Shown here piece after piece: positions 1-8,948 of a stretch of 64,000 bases of DNA. The stretch's first letter is position 1. Each line of letters starts with the position of its first letter. The stretch covers positions 28,994 through 92,993 of the forward strand of contig JACDEV010000001.1 in the NCBI GenBank assembly GCA_013816135.1. Direction: 5' to 3'. The DNA is from Patescibacteria group bacterium. Its GTDB lineage: Bacteria > Patescibacteriota > Minisyncoccia > Phycocordibacterales > DATDWN01. Both the position numbers and the translations under genes were made by a program. Under the pieces are notes generated by a model. It was not told the DNA's origin. It ran no database searches and worked only from the letters and a program-made list of their open reading frames with translations.

Positions 1-871
1 GTTCATGTTTCAAAAGAATAGATGGCTTTTGACGATCAATTACTAGCCTTGTAAGTATCTCCGCAAAATTTTCCTTTTTAACTGCGTTACTATAATCAAC
101 ACCAACAATCTGAAGTCCTTCGAGATCTTTCATCTCATCCATTAGTACACTTACCCCACTTGCTTTAACTGCTGTAATGAATGCCTCACTGTGACCAGCC
201 ATCTCTTCATGGTTTCCTGTAATATAATACGTACCAAATATCGAGACAATATCTTTCAGAGATTCGCTTAATTTAATTAAGTCTGGCGCGCTAGTACCGT
301 CGAAAAGATCTCCGCCAATAAATACAATGTGTGCTGAAAGTTCATTTACATTATTTACCACTTTTCTTAAGTAATTTTCACCATGAAGCTGTCCTAGGTG
401 CAGATCACTTATCCAAACAGCTTTTCTGTTTTCCCATGCTGCAGGTAAATTTGGTAACATTACTTCTACTTCGCTTACAATGAGTCTCTTAGCATGAAAA
501 ATCCCATATGTTGTGGTTGCTAAAGCGATTAATATAAACAGCTCTCCAATACGACTTACAGAATAACCAGAAATACCAGCAAAGGCGCTGTAGACAACAG
601 AAGCCATAAACAAATAACAAAAATAACCCATCCAAACTGCAGTGACAGAGTAATACAATCGTGTAAATCTATTATAATAATATCCACCAAAAATGATAGA
701 TAACACAAAACTTAAAGACAAAATGCTCAATCCAAGGGCTAAATAAAGCTTTGGGTAAAAAGAGATTATATTAAACATCAAAATCCAAGCTTGAAAAACA
801 ACAAAATTTCCGAGAAACAAAAAACTGAACACTATAGCCATAAAAACAAAAAATGATTGGCGTTTAGTCAT
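1..871 (-). CDS. Membrane-anchored calcineurin-like metallophosphoesterase (3' part of gene cut by window edge)
   Basis: Manual minus-strand translation gives ...VWISDLHLGQLHGENYLRKV...IVFIGGDLFDG...YYITGNHEEMAGH... with the DxH, GD and GNHE phosphoesterase motifs and N-terminal hydrophobic helices. The start ATG is complement of ~869-871. Confidence 0.6.
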   Translation of the reverse strand, partial: MTKRQSFFVFMAIVFSFLFLGNFVVFQAWILMFNIISFYPKLYLALGLSILSLSFVLSIIFGGYYYNRFTRLYYSVTAVWMGYFCYLFMASVVYSAFAGISGYSVSRIGELFILIALATTTYGIFHAKRLIVSEVEVMLPNLPAAWENRKAVWISDLHLGQLHGENYLRKVVNNVNELSAHIVFIGGDLFDGTSAPDLIKLSESLKDIVSIFGTYYITGNHEEMAGHSEAFITAVKASGVSVLMDEMKDLEGLQIVGVDYSNAVKKENFAEILTRLVIDRQKPSILLKHE

Positions 872-923
872 TAGATTGAATTAGAAAATACATATAATCT
901 TATTAATGTAGCATTTTTTAAAC

Positions 924-953
924 AAAAAAGAAGCTTTTTTAGCTTCTTTTTTT
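924..953. terminator. Rho-independent terminator (AAGAAGCT-TTTTT-AGCTTCTT followed by T5)
   Basis: Perfect 8-bp stem at 928-948 with flanking A/T runs, downstream of the minus-strand gene 973..1569. Confidence 0.6.
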
Positions 954-972
954 AATCAACTTATAAAGTTAA

Positions 973-1569
973 TTATTGAAATCTTTTTGCTACCCATCCA
1001 AACAAACTGAATTCGTTTTCATTTGAATCCACAAATGTTTCTATTCGTGCTTCGTCATTTTCCATTACTTTTATTTCAGTTTCTAACTCAACCTTACTCT
1101 CTGCCTTAATTTTTTGCTTTGAAAGTACTTTTAATTTATTGATTCTGTTTCCAGTCTTTACCAATTCGCTTCGTAATAATGCTGTATTCTTGAAATCAGT
1201 TCCAATTAGAAATGTCTTGAAAGCACTTCTTTCTTCTATCTTACTCATTGCTTCTACTGTAGTGGAAGCTGAATCATTTTGTTCCTGAGCAATTACTCTA
1301 ACTTGGCTACCTATTCCTCCCTCTCTACCTGCTACAGCGAGTAAACCTTTAACAAAAACCGATACTGCACTTCTGTGAGTAGATTCTGTGGTACTAGAAA
1401 GACCCATGTCTTCACCAGTTTCAGCTTTTGTATTTAATTCCATTTGTGAATCATTTTTACTTGTTTGAGCTGAAACATTCACACTACTTTCTAATGCTAA
1501 TACAGGCGAATACATACCGGCTAATAATAATAATGCCGCACCTTGGAAAACAAATTTATTTTTAATCAT
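973..1569 (-). CDS. Secreted hypothetical protein (N-terminal signal peptide)
   Basis: 198-aa ORF. The hydrophobic N-terminus MIKNKFVFQGAALLLLAGMYSPVLA is followed by a polar Ser/Thr/Glu-rich body. Confidence 0.45.
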   Translation of the reverse strand: MIKNKFVFQGAALLLLAGMYSPVLALESSVNVSAQTSKNDSQMELNTKAETGEDMGLSSTTESTHRSAVSVFVKGLLAVAGREGGIGSQVRVIAQEQNDSASTTVEAMSKIEERSAFKTFLIGTDFKNTALLRSELVKTGNRINKLKVLSKQKIKAESKVELETEIKVMENDEARIETFVDSNENEFSLFGWVAKRFQ

Positions 1570-1735
1570 ATAAATATTATCTCACTTATTTATTTCCTTG
1601 TATAGGCTAGTTAATAACAGAAATTTAATTTTTGACCTTTTAATTAAAAAGTACCGTTTTCGTTATCTTGACCTATATAGCTTTATTACGTAGATTGAAA
1701 CTAGAACACTCAAGTTCTTCGACATTGGAGGTAGT

Positions 1736-2839
1736 GTGCTTCAACGACACATTCCGGTTCTGGTGCTTACTGGCGGTCCTTGCGGAGGAAAAACTACAGT
1801 TCTGAGTTTCTTGCAACAAAAACTGACAGATCTAGGGTTTTACGTCATCACGGTGAGTGAAGCTGCAACGGAATTCATTCTTTCGGGACTCAAACCGGGA
1901 GTGTTGAAAATACCTGTTTTCCAGCGCCAGATCTTGAAGTACATCATCGAAAAAGAGAACAGATGGAAAACAGCAGCTGAACTCATGTTAATTGAGAAAA
2001 TAGTTATAATCTGTGACCGTGGAGTCGCTGATGCAGCTGCTTACACTTCCCCACACGAATTTGACATGATGCTGGGAAATCTTGGCTACAACATCGTCGA
2101 GCTTCGAGACAAGCGCTATGACGCTGTGATCTTCCTTCGGTCGGTTGCAGTGGATGCTCCCGATGTTTACACATGTCTCAACAACAATGCGAGAAGAGAA
2201 AGTGTTGAAGAAGCATGCACACTCGATGCTCGAACACTGGAAGCTTGGACAGGTCATCCGCATTTGCGAGTGATCGATAACAGCACAGGTATCGAAGAAA
2301 AGTGTGCTCGTGTTCTACAGAGTGCTTGTCGTGTGCTTGGAATTCCTGCTCCACTGGAGATTGAGCGCAAGTATCTTGTCTCTCAATGCGACCTGAACTT
2401 GCTTCCAAGACCGGTTCAACAGGTAAACATTGTTCAGTACTACCTTCAAAGCGAGAAAGAAGGCGATGTGGAAAGAATCAGGGCACGCGGACAAAGTGGT
2501 GGACACACTTACTACCATACGATAAAGCAATTTGTCCGTCCTGGCGTACGAAACGAAGTCGAACGCCAGATCACGAGAGATGAGTACTTCACTTTTCTCA
2601 AGCGAGCTGATCCTTCTTTCGGAAAGATCGATAAGACAAGATACTGTTTTGTCTGGGAAAATCAGTACTTCGAACTCGATTCTTTCCGAAATCCTCCAGG
2701 TCTAACACTTCTCGAGCTGGAACTAACGGAAGAGCACGACAAGTTCACCTTGCCTGACTTCCTTCAGGGTTATCTAACTGATGTTACGGATGACCCTCAA
2801 TTCAGTAACTATGAGATTGCAAGAAGGATTGCTTCATAA
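1736..2839 (+). CDS. P-loop ATPase (NadR/AAA_28-like) fused to a C-terminal CYTH (triphosphate tunnel) domain
   Basis: Walker A VLTGGPCGGKTT near the N-terminus. The C-terminal half begins with the CYTH-type ExExK motif (EIERKYLV) and is rich in Arg/Glu. The gene looks GC-richer than its flanks. Confidence 0.5.
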   Translation: MLQRHIPVLVLTGGPCGGKTTVLSFLQQKLTDLGFYVITVSEAATEFILSGLKPGVLKIPVFQRQILKYIIEKENRWKTAAELMLIEKIVIICDRGVADAAAYTSPHEFDMMLGNLGYNIVELRDKRYDAVIFLRSVAVDAPDVYTCLNNNARRESVEEACTLDARTLEAWTGHPHLRVIDNSTGIEEKCARVLQSACRVLGIPAPLEIERKYLVSQCDLNLLPRPVQQVNIVQYYLQSEKEGDVERIRARGQSGGHTYYHTIKQFVRPGVRNEVERQITRDEYFTFLKRADPSFGKIDKTRYCFVWENQYFELDSFRNPPGLTLLELELTEEHDKFTLPDFLQGYLTDVTDDPQFSNYEIARRIAS

Positions 2840-2855
2840 GATTCGGAAACGCCTT

Positions 2856-2889
2856 AGGCCTGCATTCGCAAGAGTGCAGGCCTATTTTT
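2856..2889 (+). terminator. Rho-independent terminator (AGGCCTGCA...TGCAGGCCT + ATTTTT)
   Basis: 9-bp perfect stem at 2856-2883 followed by a T-run, directly after the stop of 1736..2839. Confidence 0.7.
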
Positions 2890-3484
2890 AATCACTTTTC
2901 TCAAATAAGAATTGTAAATATGTTTTTGCTTTAACAGAAAGTTTCTCAAAATAGATTTCTTTGAAACCGCAATCACTTAAAATATCCTCTACTTCTTTCT
3001 TTTGAAAATAGGTAAATAATCTAGGAGAGTCTTCTCCCATACTTAGCCGAATCTCCTCTCCTTCACCCTCAATTAATCCTAGACCAAAAATTCCTTTATC
3101 CTTAAGTACTCTCTTAATCTCATTTATTGCTACTTTTATTTCGTTCTTATGAATATGCAAAAGAGAGGTATATGCCCACACCCCGTCAAAACTTTTATCT
3201 TCAAATGGAAGGCTTAAAAAATTGCCCACTACAGAATCAAACCCTCGAGATTTACTTATCTTAACCATAGACTCTGAAGCATCAAGACATATAACATCTA
3301 AGGCATTATCTGTAAAAATCTTTGCATCTCTTCCAGAACCGCTTCCAATATCCAGAACTTTCCCTTTTACTAATTTAGTAAATTCATTAGTAAAAGGCGA
3401 TGGGAACCTTTCCCAAAAATCGTCTGTTTCGAGAGTATATTCGTCAGCTTTATTATTATAAGTTTTTATTGTTGTTTCATCCAT
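2888..3484 (-). CDS. Class I SAM-dependent methyltransferase
   Basis: Motif I VLDIGSGSGRD and motif post-I D..ICLDASESM; 198 aa. Confidence 0.65.
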   Translation of the reverse strand: MDETTIKTYNNKADEYTLETDDFWERFPSPFTNEFTKLVKGKVLDIGSGSGRDAKIFTDNALDVICLDASESMVKISKSRGFDSVVGNFLSLPFEDKSFDGVWAYTSLLHIHKNEIKVAINEIKRVLKDKGIFGLGLIEGEGEEIRLSMGEDSPRLFTYFQKKEVEDILSDCGFKEIYFEKLSVKAKTYLQFLFEKSD

Positions 3485-3513
3485 ATAATTTAAAGTTAAA
3501 CATAATCAGTCGA

Positions 3514-3885
3514 TTATTTCGTTAGGCATTCCTTATATGTCTGAAAATTAGAATCTCCTTCGGTTATAAAAGCCGCAACACCTTTATTCCAAAATACTAC
3601 TGATTCATCAGCGTTTGCATAACGTGCACCTGAACCAGATATAGTCTGAGGTAAATACAAACTTCCTAATTTTTTTGTATTTATATGGACAAAATTCTTA
3701 TAAAATTCGGCATCAATGGATTTTCCGTCCGCACAAACAAATTTTGCTACTGAAATACTGTTCCCTAAAACAGACTTATTTTCATATTTTCTCCCAACTG
3801 CAAACCCAATAAAATATACAACTAAAAAAAGTAATATTGCTACAACCTGCGAAACTCGTGTGACTTGATTCCATTCTATTTTCAT
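3514..3885 (-). CDS. Membrane-anchored MliC-like (lysozyme-inhibitor fold) protein
   Basis: N-terminal TM helix, then ...SGSGARYANADESVVFWNKGVAAFITEG...C..., which resembles the MliC family signature (SGSGARY...W.KG.EA). Confidence 0.4.
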   Translation of the reverse strand: MKIEWNQVTRVSQVVAILLFLVVYFIGFAVGRKYENKSVLGNSISVAKFVCADGKSIDAEFYKNFVHINTKKLGSLYLPQTISGSGARYANADESVVFWNKGVAAFITEGDSNFQTYKECLTK

Positions 3886-3914
3886 ATTATTAAATTTACC
3901 TTATATAAAAGAAA

Positions 3915-3939
3915 ACTGCCAACCTCTGGGGTTGGCAGT
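3915..3939 (-). terminator. Terminator hairpin (ACTGCCAACC-TCTGG-GGTTGGCAGT) with T-run on the minus strand
   Basis: 10-bp perfect stem; the minus strand continues TTTTCTTTTAT. Lies between 3961..4437 and 3514..3885. Confidence 0.6.
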
Positions 3940-3960
3940 CCTTTGATGTGACAGTCGTAT

Positions 3961-4437
3961 TTAGAAGGTGCTTGTTGGGTGGATGTCCTCGACCTTACCA
4001 GTCTCGACATTAACCAGCCGAGCTGTCCCCTTGGGAGTGTCGTAACTTTTTTGAATCTGGAATCCATGTTTCTTTCCCCAGATCGTAGGGAATTGGTCGA
4101 TGAATTCCATGTGGGTAGAAAGAATGACGACATCGTGAGTCGACCCATTCTCTTCCAAAAGACGAAAGGTTTCTTCCACTTGCTCGGAATCGAGATTGTA
4201 CCCTCCCGAAAAAAGGCACTCATGTTCTTCGAAGGTAATGCCACCAAGACCAGCTGCAAGAATCACCGAAGTTTCTTTTGCTCGAGTTGCAGTCGAAGAT
4301 AGTAAAGCAATGGATGATTGATGAAGCTGGATGGCCAATGCCGTAGCCAACTCGGCCACTTGTCGCCGTCCTTCAGCCGTTAGGCTCTTTTCAGCGTATT
4401 TACCATGTCGCACAACAATAAGCTTTTTCAATGCCAT
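3961..4437 (-). CDS. Histidine phosphatase family protein (SixA/phosphoglycerate mutase-like)
   Basis: LIVVRHGKYAEKSLTAEGRRQ carries the RHG catalytic motif. 158 aa. GC-richer than flanks. Confidence 0.6.
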   Translation of the reverse strand: MALKKLIVVRHGKYAEKSLTAEGRRQVAELATALAIQLHQSSIALLSSTATRAKETSVILAAGLGGITFEEHECLFSGGYNLDSEQVEETFRLLEENGSTHDVVILSTHMEFIDQFPTIWGKKHGFQIQKSYDTPKGTARLVNVETGKVEDIHPTSTF

Positions 4438-4535
4438 ATCATTTTCCTTTCTAAAACTACTTTAGTTAATTATGGTGCAGATGTCAATTTAAATATATTT
4501 TATCTTGTCTCTTTTATTCTTTATTTTTAAATAAA

Positions 4536-5100
4536 AAAACACCCTCGATGGCATCTTGTGCGTCGAAGGCGGTTCTAAGTTAGCCGAAGCTATCTTATTG
4601 TATAAAGATCTTTCGCGTAGATCAGGGGGTGGGTGATCCCGACACAATTTGTAAGTCTGGCTGTTACACCATTCTAACTTGTTGCTACGGTCTCCCCAGC
4701 TCCCTGATGCTAGCATCCATTGGCCGTTCTTTTGGAACTTCCTAAGATATCCTTTTTCTTCGTGTGGTTTAGAATTTCACCACTTAAGATCCCAGGATGG
4801 GAATTGACTTATCTAGCCTTCTGTTTGAGTCTTAAAACTCGATTGCGGTTATTTCCTGTCCGCGATCCAGACGACGTTTGCGTCTACCAGAACCTCTTTG
4901 GATTTGGAGGTTAGCCCAGTAGAAACAATGTTTCGTTAAGTCAATGTACTTAGGACTGCTCATTTCAGATAAACCTTTACGGTTCACCCTTCGAGAAGGA
5001 TCACTCCTTCACTGAGTTATTGGCTTTTAACCTGAAAGTGGGAATTCCTCCCGCTTTCTAATCAGACAGTCTTTCAATACCTTTCTGATAACCACTCTAT
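4536..5100 (-). ncRNA. Candidate structured ncRNA (~560 nt, GC-rich, no credible ORF), possibly RNase P RNA; ends in a terminator hairpin + U7 at ~4536-4575
   Basis: A long non-coding gap in a gene-dense genome. The minus strand has GAAAGACUGUCUG (5' P4-like), AGGGUGAACCGUAAAGG and GUGGUGAAAUUCUAAACCAC (CR-II/III-like), and ACAGCCAGACUUAC (3' P4-like, pairing AAG-A-CUG/CAG-A-CUU). The terminator is CCUUCGA...UCGAGGG + U7. Confidence 0.3.
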
Positions 5101-5195
5101 ACCTAAAAAAATAAATGTCCACTGTACAAAGTGGATAAACTGTGGAGAAGAATAATACGGTTTTTAGATCAAAAAAACTTTAAATAACCATTTTC

Positions 5196-6071
5196 TTACT
5201 CGGTCCCAACTATATAGCAAACTCTTTGTAGCGGTTTGTAGTTCGAAATAAACACATCTTCTTTTTGTATTCCGTTTGGATATAAAACATTATATGTAAC
5301 CTCAGCGGTATAACCAATCTGTGGAGTGTTGATACATTCTGGTTTGTCTGCTTCTCTTGTAGCTACATTTATATATTTAGTAGGTGGAAAATCAATCACG
5401 TTAGTTATATTTACGTCACTAGTGTTAGCCACTCGACCATCACTTGTTCCATATATTTCAAAAATTGCGTTTTTGTTTTCTGTTTTTCCGCGTATCACGA
5501 TAGGTTTCAGTGTATCGTTTTTAAATTTCAAATCCGGACCAGGATCAGAATAGGTAGCATCAAGTCCTACGTCGTACTTCGCAACAGTAAACGTGTGATT
5601 GTGTCGTTCTGTGATTGGTAGACCAGCTTGGAGCAGACTTCGAAACAATACTGTCGATACTTGGCAGAGTCCACCACCGATACCAGTAGTTACCTCACCA
5701 TTTAAAAAAACTTTTTGTTCAGTAAAACCGTCCTGGGCTCTTACAAGACCAAGAGATTTGGTAAATGAAAATTCCTCCCCTGGTTGTACCACCGTACCAT
5801 TAATACGTGCGACACCAATCTCAATGTTTCGATGTCGTCCTACAGTACCACCTGCATATGACAAGGATGCACGCCCCAACAAGTCTGGAGCTGGAAGTTT
5901 TTCGGAAATTTTTACTGGTGTTGTAGTCGCATCCAGAACAGACTCTATTTTTGAGACAGAATTACTACGCAAAAAAATGTACAGTACCAATCCAAGTATT
6001 AAGAATGCCACAATAGAAGCGATGGTTACATTTCGAACCAACAACTTTCTTTTTTTGTGACGTGATGTCAT
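5196..6071 (-). CDS. VanW family protein (membrane-anchored)
   Basis: N-terminal TM helix, then the VanW signature GGGLCQVSTVLFRSLLQAGLPITER. Confidence 0.65.
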   Translation of the reverse strand: MTSRHKKRKLLVRNVTIASIVAFLILGLVLYIFLRSNSVSKIESVLDATTTPVKISEKLPAPDLLGRASLSYAGGTVGRHRNIEIGVARINGTVVQPGEEFSFTKSLGLVRAQDGFTEQKVFLNGEVTTGIGGGLCQVSTVLFRSLLQAGLPITERHNHTFTVAKYDVGLDATYSDPGPDLKFKNDTLKPIVIRGKTENKNAIFEIYGTSDGRVANTSDVNITNVIDFPPTKYINVATREADKPECINTPQIGYTAEVTYNVLYPNGIQKEDVFISNYKPLQRVCYIVGTE

Positions 6072-6086
6072 GAAGTAAGTATACTA

Positions 6087-6893
6087 TCAAATGTAAATTT
6101 TGGTTTGTTCCTCTAACCACATCCCTAAATTATTACAAACTTTTTTTATTATTTCTAAATCATCTGTCGGATTTAGCACAAGATACAAAGCTTCTTTCAT
6201 TTCTGGTTCTTTTTCCGGATAATACTCAGAGAAAATTTTATAACTCGGATATAAGTCTCTGGTATACAATCCCGCACGTTCCATTGTTAATTCAATACCA
6301 GTTCGGATAAATCTTTTCATTATCCATGCACAAGTATTTTTTATACTTTCACTCTCATGTGGCTTTAAAATCCACTCATCAATATATTTTAAATTTTTTC
6401 CTAAAGAATACACGTGACCCAATGTTTCTTTGCCAACTTTTATTTTTGACATTGATTTATTAAGGTCATCACCATACAAACAGGCACTTTGTAAAATATA
6501 AAGTCTATTTTTATCTGCATCCTCTATTGGATTAACTTCTAATTCAATATCTTGAACAAAAGGATATTTGACTTGAAGTTCTTTATCACATGAACTTATC
6601 CAATCTTTGTCTATTTCCCTTTTTTGCAAAGAAACATATGCAAACGTATCTACATCTGATATGCCTTGAACTGCATTTCCTTTCCCCACTGATCCTCTAA
6701 CATATACACTGTGTAACTTATCTTTGTATTGAACTTTGTATGCATTAACAATATCTTCTACAATAGGTTTCCATTCATCCTGGATTTTTTCTGGAGATGC
6801 AGGATTTGCGAGAAAGCCTTCTTTATCTTTTTCAAAGTATGACCCAATTTCTCGAATAGGTATTTCTTTATTATTCTCTAAATTTTCGGACAT
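6087..6893 (-). CDS. Pol-beta superfamily nucleotidyltransferase, ANT(6)/aminoglycoside-adenylyltransferase-like
   Basis: YVRGSVGKGNAVQGISDVDTFAYV has the GS...D.D nucleotidyltransferase motif. 268 aa, similar in size to AadK/ANT(6). Confidence 0.45.
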   Translation of the reverse strand: MSENLENNKEIPIREIGSYFEKDKEGFLANPASPEKIQDEWKPIVEDIVNAYKVQYKDKLHSVYVRGSVGKGNAVQGISDVDTFAYVSLQKREIDKDWISSCDKELQVKYPFVQDIELEVNPIEDADKNRLYILQSACLYGDDLNKSMSKIKVGKETLGHVYSLGKNLKYIDEWILKPHESESIKNTCAWIMKRFIRTGIELTMERAGLYTRDLYPSYKIFSEYYPEKEPEMKEALYLVLNPTDDLEIIKKVCNNLGMWLEEQTKIYI

Positions 6894-6899
6894 AATTTA

Positions 6900-7457
6900 T
6901 TATGATTCTATAATTGCGTTTAACGCATCGAGACATTGTAGTAATTGTGTCCATCCACTTGAGCCATTTAGATGTCCACCATTTTCAACAACAACAAGAT
7001 TTGCATTTAATTCTCTGGAAAAAGTTTTAGCATTATCTAATGGAACATTTGGATCATTGTCACCATGAATAACAGTAAAAGCATCGCATTTGGATTTTAT
7101 AGTTTCAAAATCAAATGGTGTTTCCAAAAAACTATCTATTTTTCTATTATTATTCTTTTCTGAAGGTCCAGAAACAAGTATTGCACCTTTGATAGTAAAT
7201 GCATCAGATTTTTCTAAGTATCGCAAAATTGCTGGAACACCAAGAGAATGTCCAACAAGGTATACGTCGTCGTTTTTATTTATTTCTACAAATCTAGAAA
7301 TCTCCTCCACCCATTCTGAGCAAACTGGTTCAATTGGTTTAGGCATTGATAACGAACAAGCATAAATATCTTGCTTTTCGAGTTCAGCCATTAGCCAAGG
7401 TCTCCATCCCCCGTTTGGACTTCCTTGAAAACCATGAATGATGAAGACTTTTGGCAT
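6900..7457 (-). CDS. Alpha/beta hydrolase, RBBP9/YdeN-like serine hydrolase
   Basis: Nucleophile elbow GHSLG, a downstream HGDNDPNVP (Asp) and a C-terminal GGH; 185 aa. Confidence 0.6.
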   Translation of the reverse strand: MPKVFIIHGFQGSPNGGWRPWLMAELEKQDIYACSLSMPKPIEPVCSEWVEEISRFVEINKNDDVYLVGHSLGVPAILRYLEKSDAFTIKGAILVSGPSEKNNNRKIDSFLETPFDFETIKSKCDAFTVIHGDNDPNVPLDNAKTFSRELNANLVVVENGGHLNGSSGWTQLLQCLDALNAIIES

Positions 7458-7469
7458 GGTGTTAAATAC

Positions 7470-7982
7470 CTAATGCTTCTCCGTTAAGATTTTTCCGGCC
7501 TCATTTATAAAAGTAGAATCTCTTGTCACCATATAAGTTGCTTCATATACATTCATAGGGCTTTCTGATAATTTCTTTTTAGCTTCTTCAAAAGGTAGCC
7601 AAACTTGTACAAACCCTTCGCTAATTTCATTATCTGTTAATTCTGGAGTCTTTTTTTCACCAACAACTTTTGCTAAATAACAATAAGATATTTGCTTCAG
7701 ATTTTGTTGTGATCTGTATTCAACAATCAAACCAATTTCTTTCCCCACATCAACATTTGATCCTATCTCTTCCAAGCATTCTCTTTTTAAGGCATCTATC
7801 TGATCTTCTCCAGAGTCTATGCCTCCACCAGGTAGTTTATAGTAATCATTTTTTGTTGCATGAAGTATTCCAACTAAATTGTCTTTATCAAAAACAATAG
7901 CTCTAACCGCTTCACGTTTTCTATATCCATTTGCCACTTCCTCAGTAACGTTTTCGTGATTAATGAGCTTAAGGTGTTGCAT
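7470..7982 (-). CDS. NUDIX hydrolase
   Basis: Nudix box GGGIDSGEDQIDALKRECLEEIG. Confidence 0.75.
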   Translation of the reverse strand: MQHLKLINHENVTEEVANGYRKREAVRAIVFDKDNLVGILHATKNDYYKLPGGGIDSGEDQIDALKRECLEEIGSNVDVGKEIGLIVEYRSQQNLKQISYCYLAKVVGEKKTPELTDNEISEGFVQVWLPFEEAKKKLSESPMNVYEATYMVTRDSTFINEAGKILTEKH

Positions 7983-8085
7983 AATGATATTATATAAATT
8001 TATTACTTAGAATAAAGGGAATCTTTCCTTACAGGAACGGTACACCTTTTCTGTTTTACTTAGTAAAACTATCAAAGGTCTTCGA

Positions 8086-8146
8086 TTCCCTACGCAGAGT
8101 CTCCCAGACTCTGCTGTCTCCCAATAAAGCTTAAGCTTTATTTTTG
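8086..8146. repeat. Inverted partial copies of the tRNA-Gln 3' end plus nested palindromes
   Basis: The plus strand TTCGATTCCCT...GTCTCCCAG copies the tRNA T-loop/acceptor. CTGTCTCCCA (8114-8123) is the inverse of TGGGAGACAG (8148-8157). A perfect palindrome ATAAAGCTTAAGCTTTAT lies between them. Confidence 0.6.
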
Positions 8147-8217
8147 CTGGGAGACAGGGAATCGAACCCCGATTAAAGGCTTCAAAGGCCTCTGTCCTAC
8201 CGTTAGACGATCTCCCA
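8147..8217 (-). tRNA. tRNA-Gln (anticodon UUG)
   Basis: Cloverleaf on the minus strand: acceptor TGGGAGA/TCTCCCA, D-loop AACGGTA, anticodon loop CTTTGAA, T-loop TTCGATT. Confidence 0.85.
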
Positions 8218-8262
8218 ATATCTATTTAAAACAGCTTTCATATTAGCACTTTCTTCATTTTT

Positions 8263-8297
8263 TACAAAAAAAAGTGAGTGGCCCGAAGACCACTCAC
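8263..8297 (-). terminator. Rho-independent terminator (GTGAGTGG-loop-CCACTCAC + T-run on the minus strand)
   Basis: 8-bp perfect stem followed on the minus strand by T9; downstream of 8318..8755. Confidence 0.7.
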
Positions 8298-8317
8298 CAA
8301 CATCAGAGAATCGATGT

Positions 8318-8755
8318 TTACGAAAAGATCGCGTAGATGTAGTACGGTGCCATCATGCCTGCAAGCATAACGGTACCGAACGTCAGAGCGCCAGCAAATC
8401 TTGTCGCTCCGTTTCTGTACATCACCCTCGCGATAAGTGCGGAAAGCACAATGAGCCCAACCGCATACCACGAGTAGAGGAACCATTCCCCTGCCACGAG
8501 CAGGTTGTAGTACGGTTCCACATATAGGGGCTTCAGATTGCCCAAGATGTACAGGATTACGAAGCTGACGCAGACGAGAAGTGTCATCATGGCAATCGGA
8601 TGACGAACGAGCCATGGACGATCGTCGTAATGGGAACTCCTCGACTTCTGTTGTTGACCAATAATCCAGTAGTGGAAGGTCAACCAGATGCCGAAGATCG
8701 CCATGAGGTACTTCGTACCCCAGTAAACAAGCGGTAACGTCGCTGGTAATTCCAT
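8318..8755 (-). CDS. Integral membrane protein (about 4 TM helices), hypothetical; clearly GC-rich
   Basis: 145-aa hydrophobic ORF. The overlapping 183-aa ORF in another frame is Arg-rich and looks like a GC-driven alternative frame. Confidence 0.5.
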   Translation of the reverse strand: MELPATLPLVYWGTKYLMAIFGIWLTFHYWIIGQQQKSRSSHYDDRPWLVRHPIAMMTLLVCVSFVILYILGNLKPLYVEPYYNLLVAGEWFLYSWYAVGLIVLSALIARVMYRNGATRFAGALTFGTVMLAGMMAPYYIYAIFS

Positions 8756-8948
8756 TTGTGGGCCCTCCAGAGCCTCTGAAAATTAGAATAGCTAAGAAAT
8801 CTATTGCTGTCAAAACAAAGTTTATACAAATTTATTAATCATTCAATAATTTTTTTGTAATTTTTCTCATCTACATATAGTATAAAGAAGTATTAAAATT
8901 AACATTTTAAATCCAGGTTTCTAATAATTCATTAACTTATTAATAAAA

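Noticed and set aside
3882-4259. 125-aa minus-strand ORF overlapping the histidine phosphatase gene
   Set aside because: It overlaps a well-supported gene (RHG motif) in another frame and has no recognisable features.
4536-5100. tmRNA as an identity for the long non-coding region
   Set aside because: No tRNA-like acceptor/T-arm with GGUUCGA-type loop was found. No tag reading frame ending in the usual ...A(L/V)AA plus stop was found. RNase P-like motifs fit better, but weakly.
8262-8813. 183-aa ORF overlapping the 145-aa membrane-protein ORF in another frame
   Set aside because: The translation is Arg/Ser/Gly-rich with no hydrophobic core pattern, typical of an alternative frame in a GC-rich gene. 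The 8318..8755 frame encodes a coherent 4-TM protein.
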